Source of the DNA: an uncultured Actinomycetes bacterium
Lineage (GTDB): Bacteria; Actinomycetota; Thermoleophilia; Gaiellales; Gaiellaceae
Length of the DNA: 64,000 bases
NCBI GenBank assembly: GCA_963779895.1
Contig: CAWAAD010000004.1
Location: 201,543-265,542 of the forward strand
Direction: 5' to 3'
The notes below the pieces were generated by a model. That model was not told where the DNA came from and searched no databases. It saw nothing but the letters and a program-made list of their open reading frames with translations. The first letter of the stretch is position 1. Each line of letters begins with the position of its first letter. A program made the translations under genes and the position numbers. Positions 55,724-63,345 of the stretch are shown piece by piece.

Positions 55724-55758
55724 GAGTGTCCCTCCTTTCGTCACTTGATCCGCAGGAA

Positions 55759-55787
55759 AGGATAAAACCTCAGTGCATTACTGTCAA
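55759..55787 (-). promoter_or_regulatory. Candidate sigma-70-type promoter for hsp20 (TTGACA-N17-TATCCT)
   Basis: On the minus strand, TTGACA is at 55782-55787 and TATCCT at 55759-55764, separated by exactly 17 nt. It lies in an AT-rich divergent intergenic region. Confidence 0.45.
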
Positions 55788-55816
55788 GTCAGTCGGAAGT
55801 AGCATGTCCAAGCGAA

Positions 55817-56750
55817 ATGGCAACGGTCAGCGAGAGCCTCAAGGGACGGCACTTCACCCTCGTCGCCCACTGGAGCGGCGAGGAGCTCCTGCAGGCGCTC
55901 GATCTGGCCGACGAGCTCAAGGAGCGCCGGCAGCGCGGCGAGAAGCACTACCTGCTCCCGGGGCGCACGCTCGGGATGATCTTCCAGAAGCCCTCCACGC
56001 GGACGCGGGTCTCGTTCGAGGTCGGGATCGCGGAGCTCGGCGGGCACGGTCTCTACCTCGCCGCTTCGCGACCTGCAGCTCGGCCGTGGCGAGACGCTCC
56101 GCGACACCGCGACCGTGCTCTCCCGCTACCTCCACGGCCTGATGATCCGCACCTTCGCCCAGGACGACGTCGAGGAGCTCGCCCGGCACTCGACGATCCC
56201 TGTGATCAACGGCCTGACCGACAGCTCCCATCCCTGCCAGGCGCTCGCCGACGTGATGACGATCCGCGAGCGCTTCGGGCGACTCGAGGGCGTACGCGTC
56301 GCCTACCTCGGGGACGGCAACAACGTCTGCGCCTCGCTGATGGTCGCGGCCGCAAAGCTCGGAATGGAGTTCGTCGCCGCCACGCCCGAGGGCTACGAGC
56401 CCGACCCGCACGCGGTCGAGCTCGCGCGCGAGGCCGGCGGCAGCCCCGAGCTTCTGCGCGACCCGCAGGAGGCGGCCCGGGGCGCCGACGTCCTCTACAC
56501 GGACGTCTGGACGAGCATGGGCCAGGAGGAAGAGCGCGAGCGGCGCCTCCGCGACCTCGACGGCTTCGGCATCGACGGGGAGCTCGTGCGCCTCGCCGGC
56601 GAGCGTGCGATCGTCCTGCATTGCCTCCCGGCTCACTACGGCGAGGAGATCGCCGAAGACGTGCTCTACGGGCCGCAGTCGGCCGTCTGGGACCAGGCTG
56701 AGAACCGCCTGCACAGCCAGAAGGCGCTGATGGCGCTCGTGATCCCGTAG
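55817..56750 (+). CDS. argF: Ornithine carbamoyltransferase (one frame slip ~56065)
   Basis: FQKPSTRTRVSFE (ORF 55817-56701). LMIRTF, HPCQALAD, HCLPA (ORF 56115-56750). Anabolic versus catabolic role is not resolved. Confidence 0.93.
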
Positions 56751-56762
56751 CCTCCGAGCGGC

Positions 56763-57467
56763 GTGCTTCCGCTCAAGGACAACGTCCCGACGAGGACGTT
56801 CCCGTTCGTGACGGTCGCCCTGATCGCGGCGAACATCATCGTCTGGATCTGGGAGTGGAAGAGCGGCGTGAACAAGGAGGTCTTCCACTACGGCTACTAC
56901 CCGTGCTCGCTCGAGGGCCCGTGCGTCCGGCCCGCGTCGCTCGTCCATCACGTCCCGTGGTACGAGGGCGCGTTCACGTCGATGTTCATGCACGGGAGCT
57001 GGCTCCACATCGGCGGGAACATGCTCTTCCTGTGGATCTTCGGGAACAACATCGAGGACGCGCTCGGCAAGGTCCGGTTCCTGCTCTGGTACGTGGTCGC
57101 CGGCCTCGCCGCCACCGCCGCGCAGACCGTCGTCACCCTCGAGTTCTCGAACGCGACGGGCGCGAGCATCCCGAACGTCGGCGCCTCGGGCGCGATTGCG
57201 GGCGTGCTCGGCGCCTACCTGCTGCTGCTCCCGCAGGCGAGGGTGCTGACGGCCTTCATCTTCGTGTTCATCTTCCTGCGCGAGGTTCCGGCGATCGTCT
57301 TTCTCGGCATCTGGTTCCTGTTCCAGCTCTGGGAGGGCGGCTTCGCGATCCTCCATCCGCAGGCGGGCGGCGGCGTCGCCTTCTTCGCGCACATCGGCGG
57401 GTTCGTCTTCGGGATGGCGACCGTCTACCTGGTCGCGGTGCGCCGGCCCCTGCGCCCCCACTGGTGA
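56763..57467 (+). CDS. Rhomboid-family intramembrane serine protease
   Basis: Intact 234 aa. HGSWLHIGGNMLFLW, GASGAIAGVLGAY, FFAHIGGF. Confidence 0.9.
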   Translation: MLPLKDNVPTRTFPFVTVALIAANIIVWIWEWKSGVNKEVFHYGYYPCSLEGPCVRPASLVHHVPWYEGAFTSMFMHGSWLHIGGNMLFLWIFGNNIEDALGKVRFLLWYVVAGLAATAAQTVVTLEFSNATGASIPNVGASGAIAGVLGAYLLLLPQARVLTAFIFVFIFLREVPAIVFLGIWFLFQLWEGGFAILHPQAGGGVAFFAHIGGFVFGMATVYLVAVRRPLRPHW

Positions 57468-57588
57468 GCTCGGGGCTGCTCACGGACCTCGCGCTCGCCG
57501 CCGGGGCGCTGGGATTGCTCGTCGTCCTGATCTACCTCTTCTCGGGGGATTAGGGAATGGCGAGACGGGTGAAAGCGTTTTCAGAGAC

Positions 57589-57831
57589 ATGACAACTCTC
57601 GATCAAATCCATGCCGAGATCGACAGCGCGACCGAGCGCCGCGCCGAGCTCTGGCACCTGCTCTCCGAAGGTCACGACGCCGCGCTGGCGGCAGAGCTGC
57701 ACGAGCTCGAGGGGCGCATCGCGGCGCTCTGGGACGAGCATCGCAGCCTCAAGGCCCGCGCGCGCTTCGGCGACCGCGACGAGATCATCAAGCGCGCCCG
57801 CCACGAAGAGCGCCTCGCCCGCGCGGCCTAG
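57589..57831 (+). CDS. DUF2630-like small helical protein
   Basis: Intact 80 aa. MTTLDQIHAEIDSATERRAELWHLLSEGHD...LWDEHRSLKARARFG. Confidence 0.5.
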   Translation: MTTLDQIHAEIDSATERRAELWHLLSEGHDAALAAELHELEGRIAALWDEHRSLKARARFGDRDEIIKRARHEERLARAA

Positions 57832-57843
57832 TTCCTCCCCCGG

Positions 57844-57875
57844 GCCGGCGGCCGGAGGAGCCGCCGGCTCTTGCC
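57844..57875 (+). terminator. Intrinsic terminator candidate after the DUF2630 gene
   Basis: 9-bp perfect stem GCCGGCGGC (57844-57852) / GCCGCCGGC (57860-57868) with a 7-nt loop, followed by TCTTGCCTCT. Confidence 0.45.
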
Positions 57876-57894
57876 TCTACACTGTGAGCCGCCC

Positions 57895-57967
57895 GGGGCG
57901 TTAGCTCAGCTGGGAGAGCGCCGGCTTTGCAAGCCGGAGGTCACCGGTTCGATCCCGGTACGCTCCA
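57895..57967 (+). tRNA. tRNA-Ala (anticodon UGC)
   Basis: Acceptor GGGGCGT/ACGCTCC with the G3:U70 alanine identity pair. Anticodon arm CCGGC-TTTGCAA-GCCGG. T arm ACCGG-TTCGATC-CCGGT. No encoded CCA. Confidence 0.93.
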
Positions 57968-58074
57968 CTCGAAAGTCGCTGTAAAGCGGCTCCTTCTGTT
58001 GGCTGACAAGCCAACGACGCTAAGCCGCTGCAAACGACCTGCTAAGGAAAGCGACCGCATGGACGCTGCCCGAT

Positions 58075-58418
58075 TCAGAGTTCCAACCGGCGCGCGGCAG
58101 CTTCTATTGCGTATGCCTCGGCATCCGAGACGCCGTCAGGTATGTCCTGCCAATCACTGAGCGCCTCGCCGTACTCAGCTGCGGCTTGCGCCTTGGCATC
58201 TTCGAGAGTCTGGTGCCACGTATCGCCCGCGAACTCTCCCTGCGCCGTATAACGGTAGAGCATCGGCCGTCGGGATGCGCCACGAGGACTACGACATCCG
58301 GATGCGACATCGGTTCAGCCGGGGTACCGCCTGCCAGTTCGGCGGGAAGACCGAGGAAGTGACGCGTCGGCTGCGTGAGCGCTGCACGGTCTACGAAAGC
58401 GAAGGAAGCACTCACCAC
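58075..58418 (-). CDS. Island hypothetical protein (probably one gene split by a frame slip ~58265)
   Basis: ORF 58104-58418 (...AEPMSHPDVVVLVAHPDGR) continues naturally into ORF 58075-58263 (MLYRYTAQGEFAGDTWHQTLEDAKAQAAAEYGEALSDWQDIP...). No family recognised. Confidence 0.35.
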
Positions 58419-58448
58419 CCGTGAGTATGCCGCGGCGATGGCGCGATG

Positions 58449-58676
58449 CTACGGAACCCGCGCTGGATCAACGCGTTCGGCGGCCTCCGCAATGCGGGCA
58501 TCCAAGAGATGTGAGTAGCGGTTGACCGTGATCAACGGGTTCGCGTGTCCGGCGACGGCCTGGACGAGCTTCACGTCCGCGCCGGCGGCGACGAGGCGCG
58601 AGACGCACGTGTGCCGGAGGTCGTGGAAGCGATAGCCCTCGCGCTCGAGGCCAGCCAATCGTAGAGCCGGGCAGAA
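58449..58676 (-). pseudogene. Tyrosine recombinase/phage integrase, C-terminal stump only
   Basis: ...LAGLEREGYRFHDLRHTCVSRLVAAGADVKLVQAVAGHANPLITVNRYSHL... carries the catalytic HxxR and the Tyr nucleophile region. The N-terminal ~4/5 of a normal integrase is missing. The reading frame abuts the hairpin repeat at 58672. Confidence 0.8.
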
Positions 58677-58915
58677 CTTGGGTCAGGTCTTGCATTTCGC
58701 CAGCTCCTGGGTCACGACTAGGAGCGTTTGTTCACACCCCTGTCGCGTAGGTGCACGAAATGCAAGACCTGACCCCGACCTTCCGAAACCTGACCCCGAC
58801 CTTCAGAACTTGGGTCAAGTCTTGCATTCCGCCAGCTCCTGGGTCACGACTAAGAGCATTTGTTTACACCTCCTGGTGCGTAAGTGCACGAATGCAAGAC
58901 CTGACCCCGACCTTC
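58672..58915. repeat. Two tandem ~112-nt long-hairpin repeat units plus a triplicated 16-mer
   Basis: Unit 1 is 58672-58783 and unit 2 is 58805-58915 (roughly 90% identical). Unit 1 has a perfect 20-bp stem, 58680-58699 / 58756-58775. CCTGACCCCGACCTTC occurs at 58768, 58789 and 58900. Confidence 0.85.
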
Positions 58916-59733
58916 TCGGCGTCGGTGAGGCGCTGGTGCGGGTGCCGCCGAAGCTGACGGTGCCCGAGCGACGAGCGGGCAGGACACGCGGCAAGTCGGA
59001 CCCGATCGACGCGCTCGCGATCGCGCGGGCTGCGTTGCGCGAGCCGGACCTGGCCCGGCCGCATGCCGGCGAGCAGGTCTTGCGCGACCTGAAGCTGTTG
59101 GTGGATCATCGCGACGATCTGGTCGACCAGCGCCGCCGCTCTCAGCAGCGCTTGCGCTGGCATCTGCACGCGCTCGACCCGACCTTTGAGGTGCCCTTGC
59201 GCAAGCTCAGCCGCGCCTCGGAGCTTGAGCGGGTCCGCCGCTGGCTGGCGCGTCAGCCGAAGGGGATGTAGGTGCGGCTGGCGCGCGAGCTCGTCTCGAG
59301 CTGCCGCTCGCTCAACCGGACGATCAGCGAGCTCGACCAGGAGCTCGAGCGGCGAGCCGCCGAGCTCGCCCCGGCGCTGCTCGAGCTACCCGGCTGTGCC
59401 GGCGTCACGGCCGCCAAGCTGCTCGCCGAGATCGGCCCGATCAACCGCTTCCGAAGCGACGCCCAGCTCGCCCGACACAGCGGCGTCGCACCGCTCGAAG
59501 CCAGCTCAGGCCGCACCCAACGCCACCGGCTCGACCGCGGCGGCAACCGCCAACTCAACGCCGCCCTCTACCGGATCGCGATCACCCAGGCCCGCTACCA
59601 CGCCCCCGCCCGCGACTACCTCGAGCGCAAACGCGCCGAAGGCAAGAGCCGCCGCGAAGCGATCCGCTGCCTCAAACGACTCCTCATCCGAGCCGTCTAC
59701 CAGACCCTCAAAGCGAGCCCCGCCTTGACATAG
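58915..59733 (+). pseudogene. IS110-family transposase, N-terminally truncated and interrupted by an in-frame TAG (59269-59271)
   Basis: ALVRVPPKL...RGKSDPIDALAIARAAL is the distal part of the DEDD domain. The C-terminus is PGCAGVTAAKLLAEIGPINRFRSDAQLARHSGVAPLEASSG (Transposase_20). The first ~80 residues, with the first catalytic Asp/Glu, are absent. Confidence 0.8.
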
Positions 59734-59761
59734 GAGCAACGCTGGCCCCGGGCCATGCCGC

Positions 59762-60238
59762 TTACTCCCGAAGGTCCGCGCGCGAGTCGCGCATGGCTCG
59801 GCGCAGCTGAACCACTCCGATCACCATCAAAGCCGCCCCGACCATGAATCCCCACGTATGAGTTAGCGGTACATGGCGGAAGTCCGTTGGATTCGTCGCG
59901 CCCCAGCCGAAGAGGGCAGCACCGACGACGATCAGAACGAAACTGCGGGTCCGTCGAGCGCGGGCGGGTGCGGTTTCCCAGAAGGTTGGTGTTCGTGCCC
60001 AGCGTTCCGGCCGCGGCTCTCGGCCGAGGAGACGCGCGACCACCGGGAAGTCGTCGGGCCACGTCCTCCGCCAGTCGCTCGGATACCTGAAGCCGATGGT
60101 GAGGATCGCGCCGACCACGAGGAGCACACCGCCGAAGGACTTCGCCCCATAGGTCATCGCGAGTAGTCCGATGGCTACGATCACCCATCCGGCAAGGAAC
60201 GCGTGGAAGCCAGTGCTGTACTTCGGACGCTCGGGCAT
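59762..60238 (-). CDS. Island membrane protein (4 TM), unknown function
   Basis: A sub-ORF from MPERPKYSTGFHAFLAGWVIVAIGLLAM... within track ORF 59762-60538. The upstream 100 codons look non-coding (Arg/Ser/Thr-rich). Confidence 0.45.
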   Translation of the reverse strand: MPERPKYSTGFHAFLAGWVIVAIGLLAMTYGAKSFGGVLLVVGAILTIGFRYPSDWRRTWPDDFPVVARLLGREPRPERWARTPTFWETAPARARRTRSFVLIVVGAALFGWGATNPTDFRHVPLTHTWGFMVGAALMVIGVVQLRRAMRDSRADLRE

Positions 60239-60377
60239 TACTCCCTCATCGACAGCACCGAGGCATGACTGAAACGTCAGGGCTTTCCGGGACGCTGCCT
60301 CAGGCGAGCGCGTAGCTTGCCCAACCGCGCCAACACCTGATTCAAGTGAGCGACAGGCCCTGCCGATTCTCGGTCTG

Positions 60378-60776
60378 ATGACGATCACCGTGGGCCGCCT
60401 GCTGTTGTACGTGTCGGCACTCGTTGTCGCACTCGTTCTTCTCGTCGTCGGCTGGAGCTGGTTCGGCCTGGGTGGCGCTCCATCGTTCGCCGACAAGGCG
60501 AAGGCGATCTGTCGGCAGGAACTGCCCGCCATCGCCAACGCTCCCGACTTCCAGACGGCGCTGACCCACTCGCGCGAGATGCGGTTGCGTCTCTCGACCC
60601 TGACGCCGGCTGCAGCGCAACAGCAGCTCTTTTCCGACTGGATGGCAAAACTTCAGGCCAGCGAGGACGCCGGTGTCGGCGGCGATTGGGCGGCTGCGCA
60701 GGCCGACGACGCTGGCGCGCAGTTCGACGTGCGCAACCTTGGCCTCTCAGACGGCTGCCTCTACCATCTTCACTAG
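60378..60776 (+). CDS. Island secreted/membrane-anchored hypothetical protein
   Basis: A 132-aa ORF with an N-terminal TM/signal anchor (LLLYVSALVVALVLLVVGW). No family recognised. Confidence 0.4.
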   Translation: MTITVGRLLLYVSALVVALVLLVVGWSWFGLGGAPSFADKAKAICRQELPAIANAPDFQTALTHSREMRLRLSTLTPAAAQQQLFSDWMAKLQASEDAGVGGDWAAAQADDAGAQFDVRNLGLSDGCLYHLH

Positions 60777-61236
60777 AAGCGAGCAGCTCGGCCCACCGTG
60801 GCGTCCGGTCAGGGATTTCGTTCCTCCCGCCGGGTCTACGCGGGGTCTAGCCTCTGTCGCAAGGTTCCCGCGTCTCGAAAGACACTTACGGACTGGCCCC
60901 ACCCGGCGTACGCTCGTCAAGCGACGCGACGAGCGGCCTGGAGACCTATCCGAAGACGAAGGCGGCGCACGGCTGCGTTCGCAAGCCCCAACAAGGTCCG
61001 AAAAAGAGAGACGGGCGCGTCCCGCCTGCCGATGTTGGCCGCGGCCGAGGCAGAGACGCCTTGTGTCGTCTCTCTTGACAACGACCGCTGCTAACGCTCT
61101 GCTAAGGAAACCGTCGCAAACGTCGTTTGGAGCGTTTCCCGTCCGACACCGCCGGAGAGGCTGCAAACCCTGATGGAGAGCGCGTTTCCGCGAAACGGAC
61201 AGAATCAGACCGAAACGGTCGCAACCCCCTAACTCA

Positions 61237-61280
61237 GCTTTGCAAGCCGGAGGTCACCGGTTCGATCCCGGTACGCTCCA
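61237..61280 (+). repeat. attR-like partial tRNA-Ala copy (3' 44 nt)
   Basis: GCTTTGCAAGCCGGAGGTCACCGGTTCGATCCCGGTACGCTCCA is identical to 57924-57967. The preceding CTCAGC resembles the D-arm but the rest of the 5' half is missing. Confidence 0.85.
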
Positions 61281-61334
61281 TTCCCGATCGAGTCCGCTGC
61301 GGCTGGCGCCGCAGGATGGCGACTTCGTCGGGAT

Positions 61335-62312
61335 TCATCTCGAAGTCGCCTCGCGGATGCGCGGATCGATTGCCGCCAGCGCGATGTCCGAGGCGACGTT
61401 GACGAGCAGCACCGCGGTGGTCAGCACCACCGTCAGGCCGAGCGTGAGCGGGTAGTCGCGCGCCTGGGCGGCGGCGACGAAGTACCGCCCGATCCCGGGA
61501 ATCGAGAAGATCCACTCGACCAGGAAAAGCCCGAGCACGAGCTGGCCGAGCAGGGGCCCGGCCATCGAGAGCACCGGGATTGACGCCGGCCGCAACACGT
61601 GCACCGCGATCACGCGCCGCCGTCTCAGCCCCTTGCCGCGCGCAGCTACCACGAACTCGCGCGAGCCGACCTCGAGCATCTCGAAGCGCAGCACCCGCGC
61701 GATCTGCGCCAGGGGCAGCAGCGCGAGCACGAGCGACGGCATCACCCACGTGCGCCAGCCGTGCCAGCCGGAGGTCGGCAGCAGCCCGAGCTTCACCGAG
61801 AAGAGCCAAATCGAGAGGGTGCCGACGAAGAAGAGCGGCACGCTCATCATCAACGCCGTGAGGGCGGTCGCGCTGCGGTCGGCGAGCGAGCCGGGCGAGA
61901 CACCGGCGGCGACGCCGAGGCCCACCCCGGCCACGACGACCCAGATCAGCGCGAGCCCCACGAGCTGCAGTGTCACGGGCCCTTGCTCCCGCAGGATCGA
62001 GTTGACCGAGCGACCGGGGAACGAGGTCGTCGGGCCGAAGTCGAGCCGGGCGAGCCCACCGAGGTAGCGCCCGTACTGCTCGTACCACGGCACGTCGAGC
62101 CCGAGCCGACGCTGCATGTTGCGCGTGATCGACGACGGTTTGGCGTCGCTGTACTTGACCCAGGCCTCGTTCGAGAGCCCGAGCGGCGGGCCGTGCCGCA
62201 GCGGCGAGCCGCCGATCGCCCGCATCAGCCCGAACAGCAGCGTCACGCAGACGAACAACACCGGCACGATCCAGAGCGCGCGCTTGAGCGCGAAGCGAAG
62301 CATCGCACTCAC
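61335..62312 (-). CDS. ABC transporter permease, DppB/OppB (peptide/nickel) family
   Basis: Intact 325 aa. MLRFALKRALWIVPVLF..., EAA-loop region FVVAARGKGLRRRRVIAVHVLRPA, and about 6 TM helices. The likely start is the Met at 62303. Confidence 0.85.
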   Translation of the reverse strand: MSAMLRFALKRALWIVPVLFVCVTLLFGLMRAIGGSPLRHGPPLGLSNEAWVKYSDAKPSSITRNMQRRLGLDVPWYEQYGRYLGGLARLDFGPTTSFPGRSVNSILREQGPVTLQLVGLALIWVVVAGVGLGVAAGVSPGSLADRSATALTALMMSVPLFFVGTLSIWLFSVKLGLLPTSGWHGWRTWVMPSLVLALLPLAQIARVLRFEMLEVGSREFVVAARGKGLRRRRVIAVHVLRPASIPVLSMAGPLLGQLVLGLFLVEWIFSIPGIGRYFVAAAQARDYPLTLGLTVVLTTAVLLVNVASDIALAAIDPRIREATSR

Positions 62313-62609
62313 TTGTAGCCGAACCGCGCGAAGCTACGCGCAGCTGAGGAAACGGCTGCAAAGAGCGCTCGGACGGGCGGTTTCGCGGAGGCAGCCGGAA
62401 ACAGGCCGAACCACTTCCGAATGGCCCGGTTCAACTTGCAAGCCGGCCGCGTGTTGCTGAGAGCGCGAGCGCCGATCCCGCGGCCACCCAGCATGCTGCG
62501 GCAACAACACCTGCGAAGCCGAGGCGGTCCACGCAGGAAGTGTGTCATGGGTCACGGCGAAGCTAAGCGCGGGCGGTAAGGGCTGCGTCAATCCTTCTAG
62601 AGTTGTCGC

Positions 62610-63293
62610 GTGCGAGTTCGTGACCTGAACTGGATGCAGCTGGAGAAGTACCTGCAGCGCGACGATCGCATTGTGCTGCCGGTCGGATCGACCGAGCAAC
62701 ATGCCTACCTCTCGCTCGAGACCGACAACATCATCGCCGAGCGGCTCGCGGTCGAGGCCGCCGAACCACTGGGCGTTCCCGTGCTGCCCGTCCTGGCGTT
62801 CGGCGTGACCGGCTTCTCCATGTTCCCCGGCAGTCCGACGCTGCAACCGGAAACGTACGGTGCGGTCCTGCGTGACATCTTGAGCTCACTCCATGCGCAA
62901 GGGTTCCGTCGCTTCTTCGTCTCGAACGGCCACAGCGGCAACAAGCCCGACGCTGCGTTGGAATGGGCCGCGGCGAACGAAAATGCCACCGTCATCTGGC
63001 ACGAGGTCTGGGACGGCCGGCCCGACGAGGTCGCCGCTGCGATCGACGAGGACTACGACCACGCGTCGTGGTCGGAGAACTTCCCGTGGACGCGGCTCGA
63101 AGGCGTCGAATCTCCGCCCGAGCGCAAAACGCCCTTCACGCGACCGCCCGGCAACAGCGACGACGAGTGGCGCGAAGCACTCGGCGACGGCTCGTTCGGC
63201 GGGCTCTACCAACGGCCGGACGAAGACGTGCTGCGCGTCTGGAGCGTCGCCGTCGAAGAGCTCCGGGCCCGGCTCGACTCAGGCTGGCCGTAG
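62610..63293 (+). CDS. Creatininase-family amidohydrolase
   Basis: Intact 227 aa with a GTG start. IVLPVGSTEQHAYLSLETD and FFVSNGHSGN. Confidence 0.8.
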   Translation: MRVRDLNWMQLEKYLQRDDRIVLPVGSTEQHAYLSLETDNIIAERLAVEAAEPLGVPVLPVLAFGVTGFSMFPGSPTLQPETYGAVLRDILSSLHAQGFRRFFVSNGHSGNKPDAALEWAAANENATVIWHEVWDGRPDEVAAAIDEDYDHASWSENFPWTRLEGVESPPERKTPFTRPPGNSDDEWREALGDGSFGGLYQRPDEDVLRVWSVAVEELRARLDSGWP

Positions 63294-63345
63294 CTCGTAG
63301 TCTCCAAGCCGCGGACGGCGGCCTGCAGCTCACCGGCGGCCTCGT

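Larger units (their letters stand above)
57968..61280. mobile_element. Degraded ~3.3-kb integrative island at the 3' end of tRNA-Ala
   Basis: The last 44 nt of the tRNA (57924-57967) are repeated exactly at 61237-61280. The interior has visibly lower GC. It contains a tyrosine-recombinase C-terminal stump, an IS110-family transposase stump and small hypothetical genes. Confidence 0.75.

Noticed and set aside
55742-55790. ACTTGA...TCAAGT inverted repeat upstream of hsp20 as an HspR HAIR operator.
   Set aside because: The half-sites are 37 nt apart, whereas the consensus has a 7-nt spacer, so the geometry is incompatible with the known HAIR. The TTGACA inside it is better explained as the -35 box.
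57464-57553. A 29-aa hydrophobic ORF (VSSGLLTDLALAAGALGLLVVLIYLFSGD) overlapping the rhomboid stop via GTGA.
   Set aside because: It could be a TM micro-protein, but there is no RBS. It is very short and could be a chance open frame in GC-rich DNA. The evidence is insufficient to call it.
58672-58915. Whether the tandem repeat is a CRISPR array or an integron attC pair.
   Set aside because: There are only two units. They are about 112 nt long, are internally palindromic, and are separated by 21 nt that itself repeats a unit end, so there are no unique spacers. No cas genes are present. No RYYYAAC/GTTRRRY attC core sites are visible at the unit ends.
60780-61230. Whether the ORFs in the right arm of the island (60747-61166 minus, 60673-61173 plus, 60798-61094 plus) encode an excisionase or a regulator.
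   Set aside because: The translations are Arg/Ser-rich with no HTH or other motif. The region contains several small hairpins (CGTTTC-CGC-GAAACG, GACCG-AAA-CGGTC) and the arm repeat, which fits non-coding att-arm DNA.
62436-62446. An 11-nt match to the tRNA-Ala anticodon arm as a bona fide third att site.
   Set aside because: The match is too short and it diverges immediately on both sides. It is kept only as weak context for the orphan-permease observation.
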